Source: Vicugna vicugna (Eukaryota). Taken from it: a stretch of DNA of 64,000 nt. Numbering within the stretch: the stretch's first letter is position 1; every line of letters begins with the position of its first letter. The notes beneath the pieces are model-generated. The model searched no databases, was not told the origin of the DNA, and saw only the letters and a program-made list of their open reading frames with translations. The DNA is taken from positions 1,302,001 through 1,366,000 of the forward strand of contig MU058059.1 in the NCBI GenBank assembly GCA_013265495.1, written 5' to 3'. The translations under genes and the position numbers were made by a program. Below are positions 14,101 through 27,860 of this stretch, one piece after another.

Positions 14101-17100
14101 AGAGAATAGAACTGCTGGCTGGGCCTCAGGCTCTGCTTCCTTAACGACCAGGAAAGCCCGCTTCTCGGCTTTTCCTTTCCTTACCACGGGACAGAGGAGC
14201 GATTTAACGAAAGCTTTTACCTGCTGGCTGAAACGAAGCCGTCTATTTATAAATGGCTCTGAAATTTAGGTAAAAAGCTCTTATCCACTCAAAGTTCAAA
14301 CGAGAGAGCTGGGCAGACAAGCGAAGACACAAAGGAGAAACGCGATCTGGGCAGGGAAAAACATAACGGATCGAAGCAAAGGCAGTGATGTGACAGACGA
14401 CACTGGGGGGCCAGTGGGGACCGGGAGGTGGAGCTCAGCGAAGGCGGAAACGAAACCGCCCCGGGCGGGCGGCTGCGCTGCAGGTGAGGACTGTGCTGTC
14501 AGACACCGGGTGGGTTCACTCGGCTCCTTCTGCTCTGAACTGGTAAAATCTGTCCTCCTTCCCTCTGACCCACCCGCTCTGGGGCAGCGCTTACTACGTG
14601 CCAGCCTGTTTTAAGGCACGGAGAGAGAATGGAACTGGCCTAAGAAATCTGCTAGGATGTGGCTCACAACCGGGCCGTTGGGCCTTGCCCGTGACCGCTG
14701 CGTCACACCGCCTTTGTTAAGGGACGGACGGGCATTGAAGTCATGGAGGAGGGTCAGCAACACCAGGCAAAAACTGGTCTGGAGACAAAGGTCCAGGGCA
14801 AGTGCTGAGGAAGCTGCTTACCTACCCGGGAGGCAGGAGTTAGGCCTTGAAGTATGCTATCTGCGGGCTCAAGCTGAGAGCCCCTAAGACCAGGGTAGAG
14901 GACACAAAATAGAGCAGCTTATGGAGCAACTACAGACGTGCACCAGGAGATGGGCAAACTCAGTGGACAGAACTTGTGGTCGGGGTTGGCGATGGATGGC
15001 GCTGAGGGTCAGGGAAGGACGGTGAGGGCTGACTCTGAGTGCACACTGCACACGCGGTGGCCAGCAGCCTAGGGGTGTGGTCCCTCAGTCTTGGCTCCGG
15101 TCTGTTGAGTGAGTGTGACCGGGTCAGAGAGCCGCCAGTTCTCAAAAGTGGTGTCGGCGGGATGGCCGCTTCCCCTGGGGACAAAGTAAGCCTGTGGGAG
15201 ATGCGCGCCTCTGACTTGCTCCCGGGACTAGGCACCAGCAGGTGCACCGGGTGAACGAGACCCACCCGGCTGAGAAGCGGGCTCCTCTGCTGGGGCGGCT
15301 GAGCTCCACGGTCTTGGGAGAAGCCCGGGGTCAGAAACGAGGCTGCCATGACCGGCCCACAGTCACAGAGCCGCAGGGGCGGAGGCCCCTGACTCCCCCA
15401 CAGCCCACGGCTCTTCCCACTAATTTCATGTTGTTTTCTTATCTCACCACGTTCACGTGTCCCTGTTCGCGGCAGCGTCACAGACGAGGTGACCTTTAAT
15501 AAACATTCCCCAGGAGCCTCTAGTGGGATGTTTCATGTCTCTTCCTCGCCTCTGGTGGATATAAGGGTTTTTTTTTTTCCTTTGCTAAACTTTACAATGT
15601 GCCCTTCAGCAAAGATTTCAAAATAGGCACTGTGAGATTCTGCTAAAAGCAAAACCAACAGTTCTGAGGGAGGGAGAGCGCCCACCCTCCAGCGGGGGCT
15701 GTGTCAGGGTGGCTGTGACCCCGAGATGCGTGGACAGAGCCAGGGGCTCACTGTGCATCCCTGGCGGGCACTTCGCTGGACGCCTGAAGGCCCAGGGCCT
15801 CTGGTCTTTCTACTGGAAAATGGAGTAATGACCCAGGATTAAAGGGGACTAAATGGCATGTGTGGGTAGCATTAGGTCAGTGTTGGGGACAGTCCCTTCC
15901 CTTCCAGCCAGGGTGCAGGCGACTCCCAGGTGAAGGAGAAGGGTATCTCCTCCCGTGAGGGGGCAGGCTGGTGCCTCTGCTGAGGCCAGCGAGTCTGTCT
16001 GTCTGCCGGGCTCCAGGTGACCCACCTTGGGGCCCTTGCAGGTGAGCGTCCCCGGTGCACCTCCCGGGCTGGGGTGGGGAAGGGATCTGAGCAGCCCCCA
16101 GGCAGCCCCCTTCTCTCAGCCTTTCTTGACTTCCCTGGGAGAGACCAGGGCTCTGCCATGAGGGGAGGAGGAAGGGAACAGAGGGACCGGAGGATGCTCT
16201 AAAATGGGCTTTTTTCCCTCTAAAGTAGGATGAAAGTCAAGCCTTCACAAATTCACACTCATCTCAACACTCCTCCACTGCCCGCCCTCCCACCGGCCCC
16301 ACGAGGGTGGCAGTGTCATCGGCAGAAGTACATCACCATTTAGTGCAGTGGATGAGCCACACAGGAGGGGCCTCACGTCAGTCCTGCTGCTTCTGTCCAT
16401 CTGGAGGGTCAGCTCCCAGAGGGCAGCACAGATGGGCAAACCCCAGCCTCATCCGGGCATTAGTTTCCACCCTCCTCCCCCTTTAATGATCACACAGTAA
16501 ACTGTATTAGTTGATCTGTGTCTCCCAACGTCTCCCTCTCCCAGGCTGCCTTTTGGTTAGAGTTCATAAAGCAGGACAGAAATTGCTACAAGTAGGTTAG
16601 TGGAAAGGTGAGAAACAGCAAGTCTGAAATAATTCCAAAGCAGTGTATGATTTGGGGATTTAGCCAAGCAAGCTGATAAACTAGGCCATTCAAATATATT
16701 ACACCAATATTTTCCCTGGCAAGAGACTGCTTGTTGATTTGCATTCAGCTTCCCTTCAGGACTTAATTCCTTGTTTAAAAAAAATACCGAGGAAAATTTT
16801 CCATCAGCTGTATTTTACTTAGACCCAGACCCAAAGCCTGGCCAATGTGTATTACGATATATAATTAGGTATAATTACATTAAAATGTTAAACCACTGTA
16901 AGCTATTAGAAATAATGAGATTTCTTGCACAAAGTCATGGCATGAATTACTCTGGTGATTGTTAGACTCCCTAATCAAGGGGATCTGCCCGAAACTGCAG
17001 AGAGTTCCTTGCCAAAGCACCGCAGAACGCCGGGAAGGCTGCGGGCGGGGTGGGGGTGGGGGCTTCTATTAAAGCGGCCACGTTAGAGGACGTCACCCTC

Positions 17101-17516
17101 TCACGACATCCTTGGACGAATACTTCTGTGTCATAAACGGCTGGATTTCAACAGTAATAAACATTATTCTCAAGTAATTAAAGTACTGATCGAATTTTAG
17201 GCTGCGTGACAACAGACGTAACAGCAGTTCTGTGACTGTCAGGGGGCCTGTCTGATGTCGCAGTGCTCCTGGTATCTTCCAGATTTTTGTTTTTGTAACG
17301 GAATGTGTTTTATATCTAGCTCAAGTCAGCAGTTGAATTTAAATCCTTAGGGAGGAAAGTCTAGGTTCTATAAAGCATTTTAAAGCAATCTCGCTCACAG
17401 TACTTACTTGCTTGGCCAACTCAGGTTTTCTACAGATGAGGAAGCTAAACGGCGGCCAGGAGACAAAACAGTCACACATCCTGAGTCACCAGCATCCGCA
17501 GTAAATCCTGTCCATT

Positions 17517-17563
17517 TGTGTGTGTGTGTGTGTGTGTGTGTGTATGCGCGCGCGCGCGCGCGC
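17517..17563. repeat. Compound microsatellite (TG)13-TATG-(CG)8
   Basis: Directly visible. Confidence 0.95.
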
Positions 17564-17914
17564 CAGACTTTCTGGGGCTGCAGGTGGGGAGTGGGCTGTG
17601 GTACTTTACACGCTCCTGCCACCAGGGCTGAGAGCCGCTGGCCTAGGGCTGCATCTCCATCCTCACCACCAGCCCTGTTCTCTCCTCGCCCCTGGTGGGG
17701 ACTGCTTCTGTCCGGAGATCCTGGAGGTGACTAACGGGGCAAACCTCACCAGGCAGGGCAGCTCTGGCACCTGACAACCCTGCCTGGCTTCTCAGACTGC
17801 ACAGTCATGGGGACGGCCAGGGGGGTGGGACGGGGTGAGCTGATAGGTACTCTCCACCTGCAGAAGAGGACCCTCCAGAGCCAGCCTGTGGTGCCAAAAG
17901 GAAAGTGGGCCAGG

Positions 17915-18040
17915 GATGCCAGATTTTCAAGAGAAGCCAGAAGTCTGGGTTTCTATGTGAAAACCTCTTGATTTTTAAATGCCTGCAATGAATTTAAAAA
18001 TTGATGAAAGCTCTGTGTTGGCCATACCAACACGTGCATG
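17915..18040. mobile_element. hAT-Charlie MITE fragment (MER103-like)
   Basis: tgccagattttcaagagaagccagaagtctgggtttctatgtgaaaacctcttgatttttaaatg resembles a recalled hAT MITE consensus; subfamily uncertain. Confidence 0.5.
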
Positions 18041-18859
18041 ACCAGATCTGATCTACAAATACCAAATGACAATGTCTGAGTGAGAACAAATACCCTGAAT
18101 GTAAGTACAACTGGGTAAATGTTTGCAGAACACAACACGAGCAGTGTCTGCAAAATCATCACATTTTGAGTGGTGGAGGGAAATCTGTACTTGCTTGTCT
18201 GTAACTGAGCTGTGCTCTCCAGAACCAAACAGTGAAACTTACGTTAACAGGCCCTCAAAAGAGTTTGCTCCACCAAGGACAACTGGAACCCCGAGGTATA
18301 TAAAAACCACTGTAGACAAACGCACAACCCACCCCACAGTCCGAGTGAATCTCGGGGGGACCTCGGTCATGCAGAACGGGTGGCGGGGAGCTGGGATCCC
18401 GTCGTTCCTACAGGCTCTCAGGTGACGCTCGTGTGACGGGTCTCAGGACCATACCCCGAGAAGCAAAGCCTTCAGAGTCACACAGGCGGGCCCTAACCCT
18501 ATGACCTTTCCAAATGCTAAGCTCTGCAGCAGCGGGGAACCAGCGCCCCAGGTTCACGCCTCTTCCTCCTCCAGGAACCAGAGTCCCCCATCTCTCTCCC
18601 TCCCCCGTCCCTGGGCCCCAGCAGCCCTTCCCCCCGGGATCCGGATGCCGCTGGGAGCCGCCTGCCCTGAGTGTCCTGTCACAGACGCTCTCTCCAGGCC
18701 ACAGGCTGGGCACCTGCCTGCCTCCTTCCCCAGCACCAGCCGTGCGGTGCGTGGAGGCTGGGCGTGTTGCATTTTGTTTATTGCCCAGCATATAGGAGGC
18801 ACTCAGAACAGAGCCTGGTGTCTCTCAGACGCCTGAGAAAATGTTTTCCTTATTTACAT

Positions 18860-19060
18860 TTAACAGACAGCTACCTGCCACTTATTCTATACCTGCTACT
18901 CACTGTCCTAAGTTTAAAAAAATTTTTTCCCAAATATCAACTCCTCAAAACTACCATCCCCATCAGAGGGGAGGAAACTGAGGCAGAGAAGGGTCAGGTG
19001 AGTTGGCCCAGGTTCTGAAGTTGATGAGCGAGATCTGGAGCCAGGCAGTGTGGGCTCACA
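18860..19060 (-). mobile_element. MIR SINE fragment
   Basis: gaggaaactgaggcagagaagggtcaggtgagttggcccagg is the reverse-complement MIR core. Confidence 0.7.
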
Positions 19061-19932
19061 CTGGGTGCTGGCCCCTGGGAGGGGAAGGGACCTGCGGTTT
19101 ATCTGGATGCAGGAGCTGACTGATTTCCAGCCGACACCTCCAGCAACAGCATCACCCCACACGAGGTCACGGCCCTGCCACGCACACTAGCTGGGCTTCC
19201 CTTAAGGTAAAGTAAAATCGCCTTTTTGCACTTCTATGCATTGGCCCCTGGCCTGCTCTCTGGAATTGCCTCAAAATAGTCCACTTTCTCTTCTCTGTAA
19301 AAAAATCATGACCCTATTGTACATTTAGATGTCACACCTTTATATGCCTTAACGAACCATCCACAAAGTCAGGTTCCCTACACTGACAGCAGGCCCCCTT
19401 TCAGCAGTCTGAGTGAGACTTTGTTATCAGCAGAAGAGGGAGCATCCAGAAATACGGTTTCTCAAAAGTATATTTAAGGCTAATTTTCAAAATGGTTGGA
19501 AAATCGCTACGTTCAGAACACCAGCCCGAGGGAACGGCTGCATCCGGGAGGGTGTGGCTTTGATGCACGGGGCTGACAGTCACCATCTGTGCCGTCCGCA
19601 GGGGCGGCCACGCCACACAGGGATGTGCATGATAAAGATGCCATCAAGGACTTCCAAATAAAACAGCAGTGGGCTCCCCTAATCTGATTAAACCCAAGCT
19701 CCCTACTGTCGTGTGCTCCACCTGCCTCCAGCCCTCCCATCCCGGGGCGTAAAGGCTGGAGGCCAAACCTGAAATTTGTTTTTTAAAAAATTCAACATAT
19801 TACAGAAAGGTTGTTTCTGAAAAGTTATTGACAAGATGGCCTTTCTTATTTATGAAAATGAGAAAAAGAGAGACTCAGAATTCAGCCAAGAAGGCAAAGG
19901 AAATACATTCTTAGGCAACTTAGCCATGCACC

Positions 19933-20038
19933 TGGGTGTGCGTCTGCATGTGCATCTCCAAGTGCACCTGCATGTGTGTCTGTGCGTGTCTCCGTGTGCA
20001 CCTGCATGTGCGTCTACATGTGTGTCTGCGTGTGCATC
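19933..20038. repeat. Degenerate 12-bp minisatellite, about 9 units (consensus near TGCATGTGCGTC)
   Basis: Units: tgggtgtgcgtc/tgcatgtgcatc/tccaagtgcacc/tgcatgtgtgtc/tgtgcgtgtc/tccgtgtgcacc/tgcatgtgcgtc/tacatgtgtgtc/tgcgtgtgcatc. Confidence 0.8.
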
Positions 20039-21749
20039 TAACCTGGACCCTCGTCCTCACTGAGGCTGAATCATCATCTCGCCCATGTCATCAAGGCTGC
20101 GCCTCCCAATTCTACAGGCACAGAGCCGACGGGGAACTCAAAACACAGACTTGGCTGCTGTCAGAACAAGGGCAGTTAAATGCCAGCAGAGATCGAGGAA
20201 CAAGAAAATGTGGCCGAGGGGGCCGAGGCTGGCGGGGAAGGTGGGAAGGGAGGGGCTGTGCTTTGATTCCACTTAGTCCAAGGAACACCGTTTCAGGCAT
20301 TTTGCAGTTCAGCACCGTGAAAGGAAAGTAGAAGCTCCCATTTATCAAAAAGGCCTGGGCTAAACACCATGAGAAGCACAACCTGGGGCCACAGGGCAGC
20401 CCCTCGGGCACACACGGGGGTCCAGGCCTGCCCACCTGCCCTCCACTGCAGCACCCCGGAAGTGGAGGCCACGGACAGCGTGTCCATGGGAAGGGGCTGG
20501 GCCTGGCTGTGCCGCCGGCTGTGGACTCCTGTCAGTGGAGATGATGAAACATACATTTCAGGACCGACGACTAGGAATCTGGGACGCACCAGGGCGCTCA
20601 CAGGGGGCACTGGAATGCCGAGGGGGCAGGAATGCTTGTTTCTCATTTTTTTCCTGTTTTACATACTATTTATTGATTTCCTGCTGTGGAAGATGAGGAC
20701 TAGCTTCCTTAAACCCCTCCCACCCCTCAACACAAACATGTTTCTACCTCATCTTCCCAAGCTGTACCACAGTTCTGGATTAAACCTGTGTTCTGCACTG
20801 GACTGTTACTTATGCACATAGCAGGGGTAGCTTTGTAAGAAGTAGGACTTGGGCATAACTGATACGAAATGCATGGATCTTTTAAATCCCCAGATCATCA
20901 GAGCTCTTAATCATTTTACTTTTTCCCTCCTGATTTCAACTAATTTGAATGCTGGCATTTGGGGATTTAAAAGATGGGGAGGAAAAACTGACTTGGGTGG
21001 GAAGCATTATAGAAATAGAAGCACCACGAAGACGTCTGGCCCGAGTTGTGTTTTCCTTTCATAAGTTAAAATAGAGAAATTCATCCCTCTTCACGAAAGA
21101 AAAATTAGACAAATTAAAACCAGGATACAAAACAGCAACAGAAAAACCCCGGTATCTTCCTGGCCCCCAAATTTCAGCTTGCTTGAATCTCTGTCCCCTC
21201 CCTGGCCCTAAACTCTCTGTCCAGACAGTGGCCAGGTCTGGTCGGTGCTGCAGCCTAAACGACTCGGTTGTGTCAAGTATCAGACCAGTGAAGAGGATCG
21301 GTGCCAGGGAGAAGCCTGAGCACGAGCAGCAAGCTCTCACGGGCAGACAAACACAGCCCTTCTCCTCCACACAGAAGGAAACCGGCTGGAACAGCAGGGT
21401 GTGGGGCAGCGGCAGGGAAGGGTGCCGGGTCTGCTAGGGGCTCAGAGGATGTTTTACCAGAGCCCAGTCTACCTCCTCGGAGGGCCCTTCAGGAGGGGCT
21501 GTCTGCCAGCTCAGGCTGTGTCAGTATCGGGCAAGAGGGAGAAACCTTCCGACATGAGGTCTCCCAGCCCTGTGACTCTGCAGGTAAGTGTGAATAGCCA
21601 TTCCAGGAAAACCAGCCCATTCAACAGTGAGTGACTGAAATGAAAGGAAAAGGGATTGGTCGGCTGGTGTGCAAAGACGCCGTGAGAAAAATGTGGATGA
21701 GATCAGCAGAATCTACCCTAGATTAAAATGCACCCAGGAACAATGCTGT

Positions 21750-22285
21750 CGCCAAGGGGAGGAACAGGGATCGGACGCTTTGACTTGCATTTAGAAACAC
21801 GAGACAAAGCTGAGAGAAGCAATTCTCTCCACAAATGAAGAACGCAAAGTAGAAAGGCACTAATGCGGGGGAGAGATGGCAAGGTAACAGGAAGAACCCA
21901 AAACCAAGTGGAAGGAAAAGTAAAACTGCAGCAGGGATGAGGATGAACGGGGGGAGCAGAGAGGGAGGACAGACCTTGTGTAACACTGAGCAGGGGCACG
22001 GAAGGCAAGTGAGAAACGCTGGCAAAGTAAAACAGAAAGTCTTTAAGAAAAGAACAGAGGAGGAGATCCAGCAAATGCGTAACTAGGGTCTGAGAAAGAA
22101 AACAATGAAACAAACAAACACTTAAACATAGAATAAAAACTACCCTTTCCTGGATAGTTTGAGCTTAAATGTGCTTAAATACACTTGAATCTGTACAGTG
22201 AAAGGGACACCATGTGCCACATCAGGTGAACGAGAATCTGCTACCAAGGACGTATCTCGGTCAAGCTACTGTGGCTTAAAGATAC
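21750..22285 (+). mobile_element. Old, highly degraded L1 ORF1 remnant (left part of a split element)
   Basis: A-rich ORF1-like sequence (gatccagcaaatgcgtaactagggtctgag..., ttgaatctgtacagtgaaaggg...); appears to continue at about 26460. Boundaries approximate. Confidence 0.5.
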
Positions 22286-22389
22286 GCCGTCATCTGCGCA
22301 GCCAGGAGAGCCTCAGCCATCTCCTCAGAACCTTCCCAAACAGCCCAGGAACGGCAGGCGGGGCGGTGAGTAGGAAGTGCCAGGAATCC

Positions 22390-25300
22390 TCTTCCTCTCT
22401 AGACAGCAGCTGCACTGGTGGAGTCTGTCTGATGTGACTATTCTGGGATTCTGGAGCCTATTTGCAGGCTTGCCGCTTCCCGGGGAGGGCTGGATGGTAA
22501 GTCGCAGTCACTTTTGGTCAATTTGGCTCCCAGTGCAGCAGTGACTCCCCACCCCCACGCTCAGCCCCGCGGCAGGCAGTTGTGCCCACAAGCCTGGGGC
22601 AGCTGGCATGTGACTTGCAGGACGGGGGCGGGCAGTGAGGACCCTGCCCTCCCAGCGGCAGGGGCCTGTGTTCTGGGCGCTGGTGGCTGCTCCTGACCAC
22701 AGAGCTGTAGGCACAGAGGCAGCTGCTGGCACTGTGGCCCCCACTGGCTGATGTGGCTTTCAGGGTATTTAAAGAGACAGTGCCTTAAATTTTTTTCCTT
22801 TCATTCCCAACCCCCAACACCCTCACCTCCCCTCCCCCCTTTGGGAGCCAGGTATTTAAGGATTAGAGCATTCAAGAGCTACTGCATGTAAGGGAGAATT
22901 TAAAAAGTCATTACACATGCCTGGGGAAAGATGTGGCTCAGAAGAGACCTGAGAAGCGAAGTTTATACACCAGGCTGATCCCCAGTACAGAAATTCCTTA
23001 GAACAATTAAAAACAAAAACAAAACAGCAAACTCTGGGTGAAGGGAAAAATTCGATTAACAGAGATACCATATTATGAGATTCAAATATTCAGTATTGAA
23101 CAAAAACAAAATCACAAGGTATACAAAGAAACAAGAAAGTCTGACTCATTCAAAGGAAAAAAATAAACAGACAGAAACTGTCCCTAAGAAAGACTGAACA
23201 GCAGACTTACTAGATAAAGACTTTAAAACAACTGTCTTAAAGATGCTCAAAGAGCTAAAGGAAGATGTGAAGAAGGTCAAGAAAATGATGTATGAATGAA
23301 ATAAAAATATCAATAAAGAGACAAATCATTAAAAAGCTAAAAAGAATTCTAGAGCTGAAAAGTACAATAATTTAAATGAAAAATTCACTAAAGGAATTCA
23401 AAAACAGATTTAAGCAGGTAGAAGGAAGAGTAAACTTGAAGACAAGACAATTGAAATTATCAAGTTCTGAAGAAGAAAAAAAAAAGACTGAAGAAAAGTG
23501 AACAAAGTCTAAGGGCTCTATGGGAGAGCATCAAGTAGACCAACATATGCATTGTGGGGGCCCCAGAAAGAAAAAAGACAAAGAGAGGGAGGGATGGGGG
23601 GAGGGAGGAAGAGGAGGGGAGAGGGAGAAAGAGAGAAGTATTTGGAGAAATAATGGATGAAAGCGTCCCAAATTTTAGGAAAGATATAGATCTACAAATT
23701 CAAGAATGTCAATGAATTCCAAGTAGGATAAAGTCTAAAAGACTCACATTGAGACACATTATAATCAAACTGTTGAAAGACAAAGCGAGAATTGTAAAAG
23801 CACTGAGAATAGAAACTCATTGTGTACAAACGATTCTCGGGAAGATCATCAGAGGACTTCTCAGCAAGAGCCTTGCAGGCCAGAAGACAGTGTGACAACA
23901 TATTTAACGGCGTGAAAAACAAAAACTCAGGGAAGAACTTTTACATCCCGCAAAACTGTCTTTCAAAGTTTAGGAAGAAATTAACACATTCACAGGAGAA
24001 CCACTATACCGGTCGCACAAGGAATGTTAAAGGGTGTCTTTCAAGTTGAAACGAAAGGATGCTAGACAGTAACTCGAAGGTATATGAAAAGATAAAGTTC
24101 CCCGGAAAAGATAAATACACAGACAAATATTAAAACAAGTATAATTGTTACTTCGGTTTGTAACTCTACTTCTTACGTACTACATGAGTTAAAAGACCAG
24201 TGCATCAAAATAATTATTAGTCCATATTTTTTGACACAGACCAGAAAGTTGTGATTTGTTGTAGCTGAACTGAAAGGTGGTGAGGATGGAGCCGCATGGA
24301 AGCAGAGTTTCTGCACCCTGATGAAGTTAAGCTGTTATACATTCACATTAGAATGTTATAACTTCATGATGTTAAATGTAATCCCCATGGTAACTGCAAA
24401 GAAAATAACTATGGAGAACACACAAAAGGAAATGAAAATGAATGAAAACATTTCACAACAAAGTATCCACTAAACACAAAACAGTACAATAATGCAGTAA
24501 GTGAGCGACAGAAGTCCTATACGGTGCACAGAGAACAAACGGCAGAAGTAAACCCCTTATTACCAGTAATCAGTTTAAATGCAAAATGACTAAACTCTCC
24601 AGTCAAAAAGTAGAGGTTGGCAGAATAAATAATCCACGTTCCAACTATATGCTGTCTATAAGAGACTCATTTTAGATTCAAAGACATAAACAGTTTGAAA
24701 GTGAAAAGATGGGAAAAGCTTCCATGCAAGTAGTAACAAGAAGAGAGTGAGGTTGCTATTTTACTACCTGAAAACAGAGATTTAGAATCAAAAAGGTTAC
24801 AGGAAAAAGGACATTATACATTAAGTTATATATAAACATTTACATGCCTAATAAGAGACCCCCAAAATATACAAAGCAAAGGTTGACAAAATTAAAGAAA
24901 TAGACAGTTTAAAAATGACAGCTGGAGCCATGAATACTCAGCTTTCAGTAACTGACAGAACCACCAGGCAAGAAGGTAACTAAGGAAACAGAGGATCTGA
25001 ACAACACAGTACACCAGCCAGACGTAACAGACGTGCCCAGAACAGTGCACCCAACAACAGAGCACACAGCCTTCTCGAGGGCACGTGGGACACTCTACGA
25101 CAGGCCGTCTGTTAGACCGCAAATTACGTCTCAGTGGATTTTAAAAGACAAGCATCACACAAAGAATCTTTGTGGACTAACAACAGGATAAAACTGGATG
25201 TCAGCAACAGCAGGAAAACCGGAAAACTCACACCCTCTCAGCGAGTCAAAGAGGAAATCGGACAGAAAATTAAAACATGTATTTGTCCCTTAGAGATACA

Positions 25301-26459
25301 AATTTAAAAGGAAACACAACATACCAAAACTTATGGAATCAATGAGACAATACTAAGAGGAAAACTGTTGCCTGTAAATGCTTGCATAAAAGAAAAAAAG
25401 AACTCAAATCAACAATCTGCCTTCACAACTTAAGGAACTAGAAAAAGAACAAACTGAACTCAAATCTAGCACAAGGAAGGAAACAATGAAGATTAGAGTG
25501 GAGATAAAGTAGAGAAGAGAAAAACAATAGAAAAAGGCTGTGAAAGCCAAGAGTTGGTTTTTTGAAAAAACTAACAAAATTGAAAACATGAACCGAGAAA
25601 GCAGACTCAACTTACTGATATCAGAAATTCAAGTGGGGGCATTACCACCAACTCTACAGAAACAGAAAGGATGAAAAGGGAGGCCTACGAGCAGCTGCAC
25701 GCCCACCAATGGGTAACGCAGACGAAGTGAAGACAGCTAGAGTTCTTAGAGAGACAAGGCCTACGAAGACTGAAGGAAGAAGACATGGAGAACCTGATAA
25801 ATCTAGGAGGGACACTGAGTCAGCCAGTAATCAAGAACTCCTCAACAAAAACAAAAACAACAAAACCCCAAACACCCTGGCGTGGATCGCTTCATTAGTG
25901 AATCTACCAAACACTGAAAGAACGACATAAATTCTTCTCAAACTTCTCCAAAAGACTGGAGGAACATTTCCTAACTCACAGAAAGGCACCTAAATTGGAA
26001 AGCAAGAAGTAGAATTATCTCTGTTCATAGATGACATGAATGTAAAGGTCCATGGATGGATGAATGGCTAAACCAAATGTGGTACATTCACACAGACCGA
26101 CTGACTTAGCCTTAGAAAGGGATGAAGTTCTGATACGTGCTACCACATGGATACATCTTGAAGACATTACACTAAATTAAATAAGCCAGACAAAAACAGA
26201 TAAATATTGTGTGCCTCTATTTGTAGGAGACACCTAGAAGAGTCAAATTCACAGTGTCAGAAAGCGGAGCAGTGGTTACCTGGGGCTCAGGGGGACGATG
26301 GGAGCTGTAGTTTAGTGAGCACAGGGCTTCAGTTTGGAGGTGGACAGTGGTGATGCTCACACAATGTGAATATATTTAATGTCACTGAACTGTGGACTTA
26401 AACATGGGTGAAATGGTAAATTTTGTGTTATGCACATTTTACCACAATAAAATTAAAAA
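22390..26459 (+). mobile_element. L1MB/L1M4-type LINE-1: 5' region, decayed ORF1, first part of ORF2, large internal deletion, 3' UTR and A-tail
   Basis: ORF1-like text at about 23000-24050, endonuclease-like ORF2 start at about 24550, jump at about 26045 to an L1MB-type 3' end (...aatgtcactgaactgtggactta...ttttaccacaataaaattaaaa). Many stops and frameshifts. Confidence 0.8.
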
Positions 26460-27827
26460 CAGACCATAGACAGTGAAGCTACATCTGTAACATCCTCAAG
26501 GGAAGAAAGTGTAAGAAAGGTTTTATGTCTGACCAAACTGTACTTCAGATACACAGGCTCTGCACAGTTTGAACAGGCAAGAGCACAAGGAGTCTGTCTC
26601 CAGTTAGTCTTCCTTAAAGAGATGATGAGAAGAGAGGAAGCATAGTAAAAGGACAGGTGCCGAGCTGTGAATATGTTTACCTGTAGACCTAAAGCGAAAA
26701 GAGGAGGACCGGGGGCAGGTCTGCAAGACTGTGCTCTGACCACGGTGAAGGGGAATAAGGGAGGAAGGAGAGGAAGTTCTCTGGTTGTTTGATGTGCAAG
26801 AACCGTGCATCCGTGGACATCACTTACAGCCAACAAATCAGGTAATGGAAGGACACACATGTAACAGTACAGAGGTGCATGTCAGTTAAGGTAATATTAT
26901 TGATTACATCTGGTGTGAAGGGGAGGAGAACACTGATAATTTTTACATCGCTTTCTGTAGGAAATAAGTAGATAATGTCCTTTGAAAAGAAAGAAAGCCA
27001 AAAGTTGTATACAAGTTCTAATGGTGACCATGTGAACAAACAGAAGTCTTGTTAAATTTCGGAAGAATACATGAAAATTTCAGAGCAATCAGATCATGTG
27101 TACAGGACTTAGAAAAACGTAGTAATAGAAAATGAGAAATGCTACAGGGTCAATACTCACAGAAACAGAGGAAATTTTAAAAAACTACTCATGTTCAACT
27201 CTATGAAAATACATTTGAAAAGCAGGTTAAATGAATACTTTTCTGGGAAAATATAATTTACCAACACTGCTCTCAGCGCAAATAGGAAATTTAAACAGAT
27301 TTTTAAAAAAAATAGAAAATAGTATTAAACACCTACTCACCCTTCCCTCCTGGCAGAAAAGCTCCAGGTCACTAAACTGCATACTTACAAAGGTCTATGG
27401 GGTTTCACAGGGGATTCCTACCAAACCGTTTGCGAGTAAGAGATTCCATGCTGTTTAAAACTGTTCCAGAGTACAGGAAAGGAGAAAACTTCCAAATTCA
27501 TTTCATGAAGCAAGTATAATATTGACACCCAAATCTGACAAAGACTGCATGCCCATACACATCAAAGAAAACTGCAGACCATTCTTGTTTATCAATAGCA
27601 AAGCCAAAATCCTGAATAAATTAGCATGAAAAATTACATATCTTAACAATGAAGTTTATTCCAAAATCACATGTAGTTTTGTAACAGGAAATTTCTTCAT
27701 ATCAGAAAGTGAGGAAACACTGAAAATATACATGTACCTCAATGTTTATAGCAGCACTCTATACAGTAGCCAAGACATGGAAGCAACCTAAATGTCCAAT
27801 GACAGGTGATTGGATAAAGTAAGTTGG

Positions 27828-27860
<33 letters not shown>

